Assembly (NCBI GenBank): GCA_030591685.1
Contig: JAUVAX010000003.1
Coordinates: forward strand, 744 to 64,743
DNA length: 64,000 bases
Reading direction: 5' to 3'
Source of the DNA: Pseudobdellovibrionaceae bacterium
Lineage (GTDB): Bacteria > Bdellovibrionota > Bdellovibrionia > Bdellovibrionales > UBA1609
The translations under genes were made by a program, and so were the position numbers. Of this stretch, positions 28,299 to 38,154 are shown one piece after another (within the stretch, counting starts at the first letter, position 1; each line of letters opens with the position of its first letter). The notes under the pieces were generated by a model. The model saw only the letters and a program-made list of their open reading frames with translations, was not told the DNA's origin and did not search any database.

Positions 28299-29420
28299 AT
28301 GAAAGTTTTACTGCTGTTACTATTACTCTCTATCTCCTTTGACGCCTCTGCAACAGCGGGTCCAAGTGTGCAAAAATTTCAAGTCCATAAGGGCGATACT
28401 ATTTACTCACTGTTGCAGCGTTTTTACTTTAATCAAAGCCAGATTAATCAAATTTTACAGAGCAAAAAATCTTTTTCAAAACAGTACTCGCTGTTTCCGA
28501 AGCAAATTTTTTGGGTCACCGTTGATGACAAAAAAAAGCTCACACGCCTCATATTTTTTCACCCCAAAAAAGATGAATCTTTGGTTTTTTGGCGAGCCCC
28601 TACTGACTCGGGCTTTACCTTCGAGCCCCTCAAATTCACCATAAAGATTAAAACAACACGGGGCTTTGTTAAAGGGTCCCTTGTTGGCAGCATACAAAAT
28701 AAAGTCCCTAGCCTAGATTTAGCTTATCGTTTTTTAGACGCCTATAAACTCGAATATAACCTCAACAAAGATATCTTAAGAAACTCCCCCTTTGTTATGA
28801 CTTACGAAGAAAAATACTTAATGGGTCAATTTATAAAGTACGGAGAGGTTTTAAAAACAGGGTTAAAATTAAAAGGTAAAACAGACACTCGTTATTTTAT
28901 TAAAACCCCACGCGGAGGGAGCTTTGTTAGCGTTAAAAACCGACCCGATTCCCGCCCCCTTTTTGCCCCTGTTGATTACCTGCGAATTACAAGCGATTAC
29001 CAAAGGCGCCGGTTTCACCCTATTAAAAAAAGGCGCATTGCACATATGGGTGTTGATTTTGAACTCCCCAGGGGTTCAAACATATACGCCAGCCTTGCCG
29101 GAGAGGTTTTAAAACGAGGTAAAAACCGTGCCGCCGGTCGCTACGTTGCTATTAAACATAAAAATGGATTAATAACTTATTATAATCATTTAAGTAAACT
29201 CTATGAAAACATCACCCCGGGCACACAGGTGTCTACAGGCCAGCTTATTGGAGCTGTTGGGTGCAGTGGGTATTGCACAAAACCTCATTTACATTTTGCA
29301 GTTAAAAAACAAGGACGTTTTGTAAACCCGGCAAAACTTTTAAGGGCCTACCCTTTTAATCAAAAGAAACAATTACAGCAAGAAATTGCGACACTTAAGA
29401 AAAAGTCGTCCCTTCTTTAA
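28299..29420 (+). CDS. M23-family peptidoglycan metallo-endopeptidase
   Basis: Signal peptide. LysM-like KGDTIYSLLQRF. M23 motifs HMGVDF and PHLHFAV. Confidence 0.85.
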   Translation: MKVLLLLLLLSISFDASATAGPSVQKFQVHKGDTIYSLLQRFYFNQSQINQILQSKKSFSKQYSLFPKQIFWVTVDDKKKLTRLIFFHPKKDESLVFWRAPTDSGFTFEPLKFTIKIKTTRGFVKGSLVGSIQNKVPSLDLAYRFLDAYKLEYNLNKDILRNSPFVMTYEEKYLMGQFIKYGEVLKTGLKLKGKTDTRYFIKTPRGGSFVSVKNRPDSRPLFAPVDYLRITSDYQRRRFHPIKKRRIAHMGVDFELPRGSNIYASLAGEVLKRGKNRAAGRYVAIKHKNGLITYYNHLSKLYENITPGTQVSTGQLIGAVGCSGYCTKPHLHFAVKKQGRFVNPAKLLRAYPFNQKKQLQQEIATLKKKSSLL

Positions 29421-29421
29421 T

Positions 29422-30615
29422 TTAGAGTTTTTCACATACAGTGAAAGTATAAGGGCACTGTTCCCCGCCAGGGCAGACACCTACGTATGTTATTGCCGGC
29501 GGTGTTTGAAGAGTGCTGCTATAACAAGTTATATTTGAGGCCGGGAGCTTTGGCGTGATACACGTTTTTGCTAAATTAATATACCACTTTGAAAACGTCG
29601 GGTCTAAAATATCACGAACTCTTTTAAGCCTTGCCGCGTTGGCTGAAGTTCTTTGAGAGCTGTCGGTTAGTCTTGGGCAAGGCTTTTCTTCGCCTACTGG
29701 TGGGTCTTTTTCTTGGTCCTCGTACTTAACAATTATAAATTGCCGAACGCCCTTTGGGTCAGATCTGTCGCCCCTACAGTCCCAAGTCCCTTTAGAGGAC
29801 CCATCATAAGCACTTCTCTCTGTTACATCTGTAAGCTGTGGCCTGTCGGTATTGCTGAAGGTCATGTTAAAAACAGAGCCGAAATATTTTGGCTCCTCCG
29901 CTGTGCCGGCCTTAATAAGGCTGGCGTCAGAGAGCCCCTGCGCGTCCCGGTAGCTGACAAAAAGCTGTGATGCCCCGCCCAGTGCTGTTCTTAAGCTCTG
30001 AGCCTTTGCCCTCGTTTTATTAACCGTTATTGCAGACTCTAAAAGTCGACCTCTAATGCCGGGCAGGCTTTTAAAGTAGCGCTTTCTCTCGCCGGTGTTA
30101 AGGCGCCGAAGCTCTATGGCCAGAGACTCATGACTTAATAAAAAAGCCTCAGGTCTACCTAAAAAATAAGACGTCTCGCTGCCAGCGCTGGAGTCAAAAG
30201 TACCCGGGTTAGCTGCGTTTCTTATGCTGAGTTGTAAAGCTACAGGTCCGTTTATTGGGTCGTTTTTTACTCGGGCTGTAAAGTTTTCGTCTAACAGGGT
30301 TTTTGGTAAGTCTTTGTTGTTCACTAAGTACTCGCTTGTGTACATAAGCCCCGAACCGGTATTATAGGCCCCTACTTTAAAGCTAAATACATTTGCTAAA
30401 CTGCTCCCTGAACAAGACATATAGGCGAGTGTGTCTAGTTTTACATCGTAGCCAATTTTATCAAGTTTCCCGATGGATGAACCTCCCAGTGACCCTTCGT
30501 CAACCGCCGGCGAGCAGTTTTGAAAAACAACAATCAACACGGCTAACATTTTAAATATAACAATGTTTTTTGTTATACGGTGACGCCAGAACTGTACCAT
30601 AAGGTCTCTCTCCAT
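29422..30615 (-). CDS. Exported Cys-containing protein, unknown function
   Basis: N-terminal hydrophobic segment (MLAVLIVVFQNCS). Ten Cys, including a C-terminal GVCPGGEQCPYTFTVC cluster. The start is uncertain. Confidence 0.5.
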   Translation of the reverse strand: MERDLMVQFWRHRITKNIVIFKMLAVLIVVFQNCSPAVDEGSLGGSSIGKLDKIGYDVKLDTLAYMSCSGSSLANVFSFKVGAYNTGSGLMYTSEYLVNNKDLPKTLLDENFTARVKNDPINGPVALQLSIRNAANPGTFDSSAGSETSYFLGRPEAFLLSHESLAIELRRLNTGERKRYFKSLPGIRGRLLESAITVNKTRAKAQSLRTALGGASQLFVSYRDAQGLSDASLIKAGTAEEPKYFGSVFNMTFSNTDRPQLTDVTERSAYDGSSKGTWDCRGDRSDPKGVRQFIIVKYEDQEKDPPVGEEKPCPRLTDSSQRTSANAARLKRVRDILDPTFSKWYINLAKTCITPKLPASNITCYSSTLQTPPAITYVGVCPGGEQCPYTFTVCEKL

Positions 30616-31050
30616 TAAGCTCGTAAGGACTTAGAATTATTAAATCCTCTGCTAGACTTTTCGGTAGAGTCTCAAAATAAGTTAAGTAAGGCTCCTCGAT
30701 ATAAGTAAACTTGACTCACCTTGAGACATAAAGCCCATTCTTACGTCACTCATCTTTGTTAATTTCTAAATTTACAATACTCAGTGGCCTCTGTATTTTA
30801 CGCTTGTCCTACTTTTTTGCGTACTCAGTCATATTGCTTTTTTTAGGGAACGGTGAGGGGCTTGAGTTTTCTACGCCTATAGTGTAGGCGGAGAGGTTAT
30901 AATTAGCCTTCACCCTCAATAATGTAGGGTTACGTTCAAGCGCCAACAACCCCCTGTCGGTCTGAAGTAATGCGCAGCAATACTGAAAAGTGACCTATCA
31001 CCTAGCTCAGCTTGCCAAATTAACCCCCCTTATGGTTTTGTATTACCACT

Positions 31051-31932
31051 ATGAAAACTGTCAAAAAAGCCATTATTCCGGCCGCTGGATTGGGTACAAG
31101 ATTTTTACCCGCCAGTAAGTCCGTGCCTAAAGAAATGCTCCCCATCGTTGATCGCCCTATTATTTTACATATTGTCGAAGAAGCCGTTCGTGCAGGTATT
31201 GAGGATATTGTGATCGTCTCAGGACGTGGTAAATCAGCTATCGAAGATTTTTTTGATGCCTCCTACGAACTTGAAGACTTATTAGCCAAGTCCGGAAAAG
31301 AAGACTTACTAAAAACAATTGTTGATATAAAAAACATGGCCAACATCATTAGCGTGCGCCAAAAAGAAGCTCTTGGGCTGGGCCATGCTGTTTTATGTGC
31401 CGAGTCCATTGTTGGCGACGAACCCTTTAGCGTATTGCTTGGTGACGAGGTGATGATGACGCCTGACCATAAGCCAACGGTCACCGGACAACTTATTAAC
31501 CTCTACGGAGAAACGGGTCTTTCTGCTGTCGCTGTTATGGAGGTTTTAAGTGAGCAAGTTTCTAAATACGGAATCATCGCCCATGAACCCTCAACGAACT
31601 CACGGTACAAGGTCACCTCAGTCGTTGAAAAGCCGTCTTTAAGCGAAGCCCCTAGCCGCCTTGCCCTGCCCGGGCGATACGTGTTTACGGCCAATATATT
31701 TAATGAAATTAAAAGCTGTTCGCCCGGCGTCAATGGAGAAATACAGCTGACCGATGCAATGACGAGTCTTGTTAAAAAGTCCGGAATGATTGCGACACTC
31801 TTTGACGCAAAAAGATTTGATGCCGGCGATAAGTTTGGATTTTTGCAGGCCAACATTGAGTTTGCTCTGCAAGACAAAAACATAGGTCCTCAACTTAAAC
31901 CCTACTTAAAATCATTGGCGGAGACTTTATGA
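31051..31932 (+). CDS. galU: UTP--glucose-1-phosphate uridylyltransferase
   Basis: AIIPAAGLGTRFLPASKSVPKEMLPIVDRP N-terminal signature. 293 aa. Confidence 0.92.
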   Translation: MKTVKKAIIPAAGLGTRFLPASKSVPKEMLPIVDRPIILHIVEEAVRAGIEDIVIVSGRGKSAIEDFFDASYELEDLLAKSGKEDLLKTIVDIKNMANIISVRQKEALGLGHAVLCAESIVGDEPFSVLLGDEVMMTPDHKPTVTGQLINLYGETGLSAVAVMEVLSEQVSKYGIIAHEPSTNSRYKVTSVVEKPSLSEAPSRLALPGRYVFTANIFNEIKSCSPGVNGEIQLTDAMTSLVKKSGMIATLFDAKRFDAGDKFGFLQANIEFALQDKNIGPQLKPYLKSLAETL

Positions 31933-32774
31933 AAATATTTTTTTTAATTTTAACTCTGCTCGGGCTTAGCCTCAGCAGTTATGCTTACGTCCCTAGCCTT
32001 GAGCTCATTTTACAGCAAATGACTAAAAATAATGGTCGTGGACTTTATTTAATCGATCAAGATGTTGTCATCCCGGCCAACCCCTTTCCTTATGTTGTCC
32101 ATGAGCAGTGGCTCATCGAAAATGAAAATAAAATGAGAGTTCGCATTACCGGCAAAAAAGAGCTTAAAGGCCTGCTCGACATGACTATTATTTATTCGTA
32201 CAACAAAAAGTACACCATAAATGAATCGTTAAAAAAAGTCTCCTCTCCGTTAAGCCCCTTTTTTATAGAGCGGTTTTTTCACTTTAGAAAGCCTGTTTTT
32301 GTTAAACGTCAGCTCGCCGCCCAGGCAATACTCCCTAAAAGCTCAGTGAGGGCTCTCTCAAAAGAGTCTGTGACTCACTCTTTAAGCCCCTACATGAGGC
32401 TGGCTCGCCTTTCTGGTGTTGTGACTTATTTTATTGGCAACCCTTCAGTGAACGGCGAGGGTAAAAACCCCGGGCTTTGGGTCGAGCAAGATCAATTTGT
32501 GCTCCGAAAGCTCCGGTACTCTGATGGCACCGAACTCATAGCAGAGCAGCATCAACGTCACTCCCGCGGCATAAAGACACCGCAAAAAAGAACCCTCACT
32601 TGGGGCGAAAAAACTGTGTACATTAACACAAATAGAGTACGCCCCGCCTCTTCATCGGCCATCAATCGCCGAAGGCTCTCCCATTTAAGTTTAAATGTAA
32701 AAAAAGAACCCCACTTGGCCCGAAAGGTCCCGGACGTTGAGGTTGTTAAAGAATTTTACTCTCGTTTTCGTTAA
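31929..32774 (+). CDS. Secreted protein, unknown function
   Basis: Signal peptide FFLILTLLGLSLSSYA. 4-nt overlap with galU. Confidence 0.55.
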   Translation: MKIFFLILTLLGLSLSSYAYVPSLELILQQMTKNNGRGLYLIDQDVVIPANPFPYVVHEQWLIENENKMRVRITGKKELKGLLDMTIIYSYNKKYTINESLKKVSSPLSPFFIERFFHFRKPVFVKRQLAAQAILPKSSVRALSKESVTHSLSPYMRLARLSGVVTYFIGNPSVNGEGKNPGLWVEQDQFVLRKLRYSDGTELIAEQHQRHSRGIKTPQKRTLTWGEKTVYINTNRVRPASSSAINRRRLSHLSLNVKKEPHLARKVPDVEVVKEFYSRFR

Positions 32775-32786
32775 GGAGATTCGGCT

Positions 32787-34826
32787 TTGCCAGACTCTAC
32801 AGAAAATTATTATTTAGTCTCAGTAAATGCCCCCATTAAAGGTCCGTTAACTTATGCCTCGACGGCCTCGCTTGAGAGAGGGGCTAGTGTTTTTGTCCCC
32901 CTTGGGTCTAGAAAGGTGAGCGGGACCGTACTTAACGCTCTCGAACAGAAGCCTGACACAAAATACGCTCTTAAAAAAATTATTGAAGTTCGCGAGGACC
33001 GCCCCGCTCTGCCCTTTAACCATTTAAAATGGTTAAACTGGATGAGTGAGTACTACCTACATCCCCTTGGTCAAATCGTTGAGGCCTGTTACCCGCCGCT
33101 CAAACAAAGTACTAAAATAAGAAAGAGTAAAAAAAAACCCGTATTACCTGACGTCCCCTATAGTGAGCCTCCGAAACTCTCTGACGAGCAGAGCGAGTGT
33201 TTAGTAAATATTAAAAAAAAGCTTCATCATTTTGGCGTTCACCTTTTACATGGCGTAACGGGGTCGGGTAAAACTGAAGTTTACCTGCATCTGATTGACG
33301 AGGTTCTTAAGGCCAAAAAACAAGCCCTTGTTTTGGTGCCTGAAATTTCGCTCACTCCACAGCTGGTGGAGCGATTTTCAGCACGGTTTCAGGATAAAAT
33401 CGCAGTCCTTCACTCGGGCCTCACCGACAGGGAGCGCACGGACCAATGGTGGAAGGCTTACTTAAAAGAGCGCCCCATCCTAATAGGCGCAAGAAGCGCT
33501 GCCTTTTGCCCCCTCGATAACCTTGGGATTATTATTGTGGATGAAGAGCATGATGGTAGCTTCAAGCAAGATGAAAAATTAAAGTATAATGGTCGAGACG
33601 TTGCGATTATGTTGGCTAAAAACTACCATATACCTATTGTTTTAGGCTCTGCCACTCCAAGTTTAGAGAGCTGGTATAATGCGCAGACACACAAATACAC
33701 TCTTCACAAAATGCCCTCGCGAGTACAGGGTCGCAGCCTCCCCGAAGTCCATGTGGTCAATATGAAAGATGACCGTGCTGAACGTAAAGAAAAAAAGCTA
33801 ACACATGACCCCGAGCTCCCCTTTTGGTTGAGCAAAACTCTTTTTGAAAATATTCAACGGGTTTTAAAAAAGGGCGAGCAATCAGCACTTTTTTTAAACC
33901 GTCGGGGCATGGCCCATACCGTTCAGTGCCAAGACTGTGGCTATGTCTACGAATGCCCCAACTGTGCTATTTCTTTAACTCTGCATAATAGTAAATACCT
34001 GAACTGCCACTACTGTGACTATGGCGTCACCTTAAAAGACCATTGCATCAACTGCCATGAGCCCAGTGTTGTTGCCTTAGGCCTTGGCACTGAGCTTATA
34101 GAAAATGATATACAAAAGTTATTCCCCGAGGCGCGCTTAGCCCGCGCAGACAGGGACGAGGTGAGCTCTCGCGAAGACCTGGAGAGTTTGATTAAATCAG
34201 TCGAAGTGGGCGAAATAGATATACTTATTGGAACTCAAATGATCGCAAAGGGTCTAGACTTTCCAAAGCTTACACTTGTCGGGTTAGTTATGGCCGATGT
34301 CGGCTTTAACATGCCTGATTTTCGAGCCAGCGAGCGCAGCTTTCAGCTACTCACGCAAGTTTCTGGTCGTGCGGGCCGACACTCAAAAGACCCTGGACAG
34401 GTTATTATTCAAACCCTCAACCCCGCGCACACAAGTGTTACTCACGCCATTAAGGCTGACTACGAGGGTTTTTCAAAAACAGAGCTTGAGTTTAGAAGAG
34501 ACTTTCACTACCCGCCTTTTGGCAAGCTCGCCTGTTTTAGAATCCAAGGGATGAACATTTCTAATGTAAAAAACTGTGCTGCCATTTTAAAAACTCGTGC
34601 TTTAGCGTTAAAAAAGCATAGCTCTGACTATGAAGCTATAATTATTATGGGGCCCGCTCCAGCGCCTATAGAGCGAATTAGAAATAAATTTCGCTATCAT
34701 ATTTTATTTAAAAACTTTGATAGCAACGCCTTAATTAAATACTGTCACCAGCTTTTAGGCGATCAAAAATGGGTGCCTGCCGGGTCAAAAGTACTCGTCG
34801 ATATGGACCCTATTAATATGCTTTAA
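32787..34826 (+). CDS. priA: Primosomal protein N' (replication restart helicase PriA)
   Basis: Walker A GVTGSGKTEV, DEEH box IIVDEEHD, and the Cys-rich zinc region CQDCGYVYECPNCAISLTLH..CHYCDY..CINCHE. Confidence 0.93.
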   Translation: MPDSTENYYLVSVNAPIKGPLTYASTASLERGASVFVPLGSRKVSGTVLNALEQKPDTKYALKKIIEVREDRPALPFNHLKWLNWMSEYYLHPLGQIVEACYPPLKQSTKIRKSKKKPVLPDVPYSEPPKLSDEQSECLVNIKKKLHHFGVHLLHGVTGSGKTEVYLHLIDEVLKAKKQALVLVPEISLTPQLVERFSARFQDKIAVLHSGLTDRERTDQWWKAYLKERPILIGARSAAFCPLDNLGIIIVDEEHDGSFKQDEKLKYNGRDVAIMLAKNYHIPIVLGSATPSLESWYNAQTHKYTLHKMPSRVQGRSLPEVHVVNMKDDRAERKEKKLTHDPELPFWLSKTLFENIQRVLKKGEQSALFLNRRGMAHTVQCQDCGYVYECPNCAISLTLHNSKYLNCHYCDYGVTLKDHCINCHEPSVVALGLGTELIENDIQKLFPEARLARADRDEVSSREDLESLIKSVEVGEIDILIGTQMIAKGLDFPKLTLVGLVMADVGFNMPDFRASERSFQLLTQVSGRAGRHSKDPGQVIIQTLNPAHTSVTHAIKADYEGFSKTELEFRRDFHYPPFGKLACFRIQGMNISNVKNCAAILKTRALALKKHSSDYEAIIIMGPAPAPIERIRNKFRYHILFKNFDSNALIKYCHQLLGDQKWVPAGSKVLVDMDPINML

Positions 34827-34926
34827 AAAAACGCTGACTAGACCCCCTTTATACTAACACTGTTGCTTTTTGACGCGGGCAGCTTAATAATTTAACTCGA
34901 CAACTTGTTGTTTAACTCTCTATCGA

Positions 34927-35787
34927 GTGAGAATATTAATTATGTCTAACGTCTGTCCTAGCTGTGGAAACCCTGCAGATCATATGATTAAAATTGAGTC
35001 GGGTAAGAAACTCGCCCTTAACCTCTCTTACGATGAGGCTTGTTCTACATGTTATGAGTCCTTACCTAGCAAGGTCTCTCAAGGGTACAAGCTCCGAAAA
35101 GAAGAGGAGCAAAGACAACAAAACAAAGTTAAGCTCTGGAAGAGCCGAGTCGAACTGCTTAAACAGGGGCGTACTTTTTTAAGTCAAAAGGCCTACTCCG
35201 AAGCCGCCCTTAGTTATGAAAAATACTTGAGAGTTCTTGAAATCATTTATGATGTGCCCGTGGGCCAAATGAGCCCTGAAATATTTTCGAAATCCGCCCG
35301 CTCTACAGAACTTACAGTCATCACTTCTGTTTACTGGGACTTGCTTAAAACCTATGACTCACATAAAAAATATGAAGACCGCATGATTTTAGCCTCTCAA
35401 AAGCTCGCTGAATTTGCCCCCTACAGCCCTATATTTTCTAACATCGCTAAAAAAGCAGAAAGCTTTGCGAGGACGGCAAAAAACCCAGCCCCCATAAAAT
35501 CTTTTTTAAAAATCGCCAATGCCCGGCGGTCAGGGTGTTTTATTGCCACCGCCGTATATGGGTCAAGCCTCGAGCCTGAAGTGGCTCTTTTAAAACAGTT
35601 TCGAGACCAAGTATTAATAAAGTATTTTGCTGGGCGGCTTTTTGTAAGAGCCTATTATGTGTTATCACCCCCACTTGCCCATATTATTTATAACTACCCT
35701 GTTTTAAAAACTCTTGTTAAGTGGCCCGTGTCAGCTATTGTCGGTACACTTAAAAAATTTAATACTCAAAAAAATGGTGATTTATGA
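34927..35787 (+). CDS. Zinc-ribbon / helical-repeat protein with C-terminal CFIATAVYGS module, unknown function
   Basis: CPSCGNP...CSTC at the N-terminus. CFIATAVYGSSLEPEVALLKQFRDQ...YYVLSPPLA at the C-terminus. Start is either GTG 34927 or ATG 34942. Confidence 0.55.
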   Translation: MRILIMSNVCPSCGNPADHMIKIESGKKLALNLSYDEACSTCYESLPSKVSQGYKLRKEEEQRQQNKVKLWKSRVELLKQGRTFLSQKAYSEAALSYEKYLRVLEIIYDVPVGQMSPEIFSKSARSTELTVITSVYWDLLKTYDSHKKYEDRMILASQKLAEFAPYSPIFSNIAKKAESFARTAKNPAPIKSFLKIANARRSGCFIATAVYGSSLEPEVALLKQFRDQVLIKYFAGRLFVRAYYVLSPPLAHIIYNYPVLKTLVKWPVSAIVGTLKKFNTQKNGDL

Positions 35788-36902
35788 GCTCTAAAATTAA
35801 TACCTACGAAGTGGTCGTCATTGGCTCTGAACTTGTGTCTATTTTAACCGCGCAAAAACTAGCATTAAGCGGCCGGCGGGTGGCCTTAGTCCCCACTAAA
35901 GAATCCCTTGAGGACTTTAGAAAAGATCACTCAGCAACAGATATTAAGCTTAATGAACCCTCAACGTATATCCCCTTCAGCTCTCGTGCGGAGGGCCTTA
36001 TAAATTGGCTTGAAGATCAGTTTTTTTCACCCAAAAGCCTCTACTCCGACATCCAAGAGCAGCCCCCTGTCACTTTTGAGGGTGGTCAGTTTAAGCCCTT
36101 TTTAGGTTTTGGAGAGCGGGCCTTAAAAACAATGGACGCCTTACAGTATTACCTCTGCCCTAAAAGGTTTTCTTTAACTCTCACTCCTCAAGAGTGGGCC
36201 GATAAAATTATAAAAGAGGCTCAGTTTGACCTTTTAGATCGATCAACAATTACCTCTTTTGAGATTGCTGAAAAGCAAATCGTATCTGCGACAATTAATG
36301 GTTCTAAACTCATAAAAGCAGATGAATTTATTTTTTGCTCCTCCCCGAAGGAGCTCTTAAAACTTTTAGATAATAAAGTTTTTGCCGGCCGAGAACGGCA
36401 GCGGCTTGCTAAAGCAAACCTTTGGAGCCGCATTAACCTAAGTATTGAGTACAAAGAAAGCTTTACTCATCAACCGGGGATGCATGTCCTTATGGGGTCT
36501 AAAGATGACTTTGAGCCCATGGTGGGTGAATTTTTTACTCTTAATGAAACCCTCTTCTCGCAGTGGAGCTACCTACTTAACGAAGATCAGTTTGAGGACG
36601 CTGAGGTGTCCGGGGGAGTCATTAAATACATGAAACGCCAACTCAAACGCGCCTACCCTGAGTCCTTTGACCTTATTAAATCTGAAAAAATAACAGTGCA
36701 CGGGGACACCCATGGGCCTATCGAGGGCCTGTTTGTTCACTTAAATATTAAAAATATCAATAACTTATACATTGCCGGGCCTCAGCTCTCTGATGCCGGA
36801 GGGGTGCTCTCTAGCCTTGATATGTCTCAAAAAATTATAGCGGAGCTTATGGGGCCTCAGGTCGCCCCGTTAAACTCATCCGAAGAGGCGGCGCCATTAT
36901 AA
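35784..36902 (+). CDS. Rossmann-fold (FAD/NAD(P)-oxidoreductase-like) protein with degenerate dinucleotide motif
   Basis: N-terminal YEVVVIGSELVSILTAQKLALSGRRVALV has GSELVS instead of GxGxxG. C-terminal NLYIAGPQLSDAGGV resembles amine-oxidase/phytoene-desaturase-type proteins. ATGA overlap with the upstream gene. Confidence 0.5.
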   Translation: MSSKINTYEVVVIGSELVSILTAQKLALSGRRVALVPTKESLEDFRKDHSATDIKLNEPSTYIPFSSRAEGLINWLEDQFFSPKSLYSDIQEQPPVTFEGGQFKPFLGFGERALKTMDALQYYLCPKRFSLTLTPQEWADKIIKEAQFDLLDRSTITSFEIAEKQIVSATINGSKLIKADEFIFCSSPKELLKLLDNKVFAGRERQRLAKANLWSRINLSIEYKESFTHQPGMHVLMGSKDDFEPMVGEFFTLNETLFSQWSYLLNEDQFEDAEVSGGVIKYMKRQLKRAYPESFDLIKSEKITVHGDTHGPIEGLFVHLNIKNINNLYIAGPQLSDAGGVLSSLDMSQKIIAELMGPQVAPLNSSEEAAPL

Positions 36903-37084
36903 TTATTCTGCGCAGCATTATTGATGGATGCTCTTGAGGCTCAAAGAAAAAATGATTTACCCCTATATGTCTTCATGCTAATTGTTCTAGCAATAAAAAA
37001 AGTAACTATAACTCACCTCCACTGACGACCTTGGTCCATTTTAAGGCACAGCGTCTGGAGGGCGGAACAACCAAGGAGAATACC

Positions 37085-38059
37085 ATGGCTCAAATAACCA
37101 TGAAAGAAATGCTCGACGCCGGCGTACATTTTGGACACCAAACTCAGCGCTGGAACCCTAAAATGAAACCCTATGTTTACACAGATCGTGGCGGGATTCA
37201 TATAATTGACCTACAAAAATCAGTTGCAAAGGCCCGTCAAGCGGCCGAGTTCGCCACACAGGTGGGCGCCAAGGGCGGTAAAATGATTTTTGTTGGTACT
37301 AAAAAACAGGCTGTAGACCCTGTCAAAGAGGCGGCACAAAACTCAGACCAATACTTTGTTACAAAAAGATGGCTTGGCGGAACCCTAACAAACATTCAAA
37401 CCATAAAGCTTCGCATTGATCGCTTGAGACGTATAGATCAAATGCGCGAAAAGGGTGAACTTAACTATTACTCTAAAAAAGAGCGCGGCAAAATTGAAAA
37501 AGAATATGATAAATTAAACTCTTTTCTTGAGGGCTTGCGCGAAATGAAAGCCATCCCAAAGCTTATGTTTGTTGTTGATATCAACAAAGAGCGCATAGCT
37601 GTTCTTGAAGCAAAACGACTGGGGATCCCCGTGATTGCCATTGCTGATACAAACACTGACCCTGAGTGTGTCGACTTTGCCATCCCTGGCAACGACGATG
37701 CTATTAGATCAATTAGTCTTTTCACAAACCTTATTGCTAACTCTTTTCAAGAGGGTTTAAAAATCTTTAAAGAATCTTCGCGTGCTGAAGTTAACGAAGA
37801 AGGTGCTGTCGATAACAAAAAACAAAAACCCGTTGAAAAAGAGCAACGAACAGCTGGTGGCCCAGACGTTGTTAAGGTTTCTCGTGGACGCAAACTTGTT
37901 GCAGCTGGTACGGCAGAAGACGTTGAAATCGAAATGGAATTAGACAGAAAAGACGACACCCCTGAAGCCTCGCCTACAGAACCTGCGGCTACACCGGATG
38001 CGACCGCCAAGAAAACAACCGATAAAGCAACTGAGAAAAAAACTGAGGAAAAAAGCTAA
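37085..38059 (+). CDS. rpsB: 30S ribosomal protein S2 with ~85-aa charged C-terminal extension
   Basis: MAQITMKEMLDAGVHFGHQTQRWNPKM starts at ATG 37085, after AAGGAGA. The track start at 37031 is upstream read-through. Confidence 0.95.
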   Translation: MAQITMKEMLDAGVHFGHQTQRWNPKMKPYVYTDRGGIHIIDLQKSVAKARQAAEFATQVGAKGGKMIFVGTKKQAVDPVKEAAQNSDQYFVTKRWLGGTLTNIQTIKLRIDRLRRIDQMREKGELNYYSKKERGKIEKEYDKLNSFLEGLREMKAIPKLMFVVDINKERIAVLEAKRLGIPVIAIADTNTDPECVDFAIPGNDDAIRSISLFTNLIANSFQEGLKIFKESSRAEVNEEGAVDNKKQKPVEKEQRTAGGPDVVKVSRGRKLVAAGTAEDVEIEMELDRKDDTPEASPTEPAATPDATAKKTTDKATEKKTEEKS

Positions 38060-38083
38060 AATTAGTTTTTTGAACATCAATTG

Positions 38084-38106
38084 GGGGCGGCAAAAATCGC
38101 CCCTTT
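38084..38106 (+). terminator. Hairpin between rpsB and tsf (possible partial terminator/attenuator)
   Basis: GGGGCG-GCAAAAAT-CGCCCC followed by TTT. Confidence 0.35.
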
Positions 38107-38154
38107 AAAACTTAGTATTAATTTTTAACTTCAAACGGACAAAGGTAAATAACT

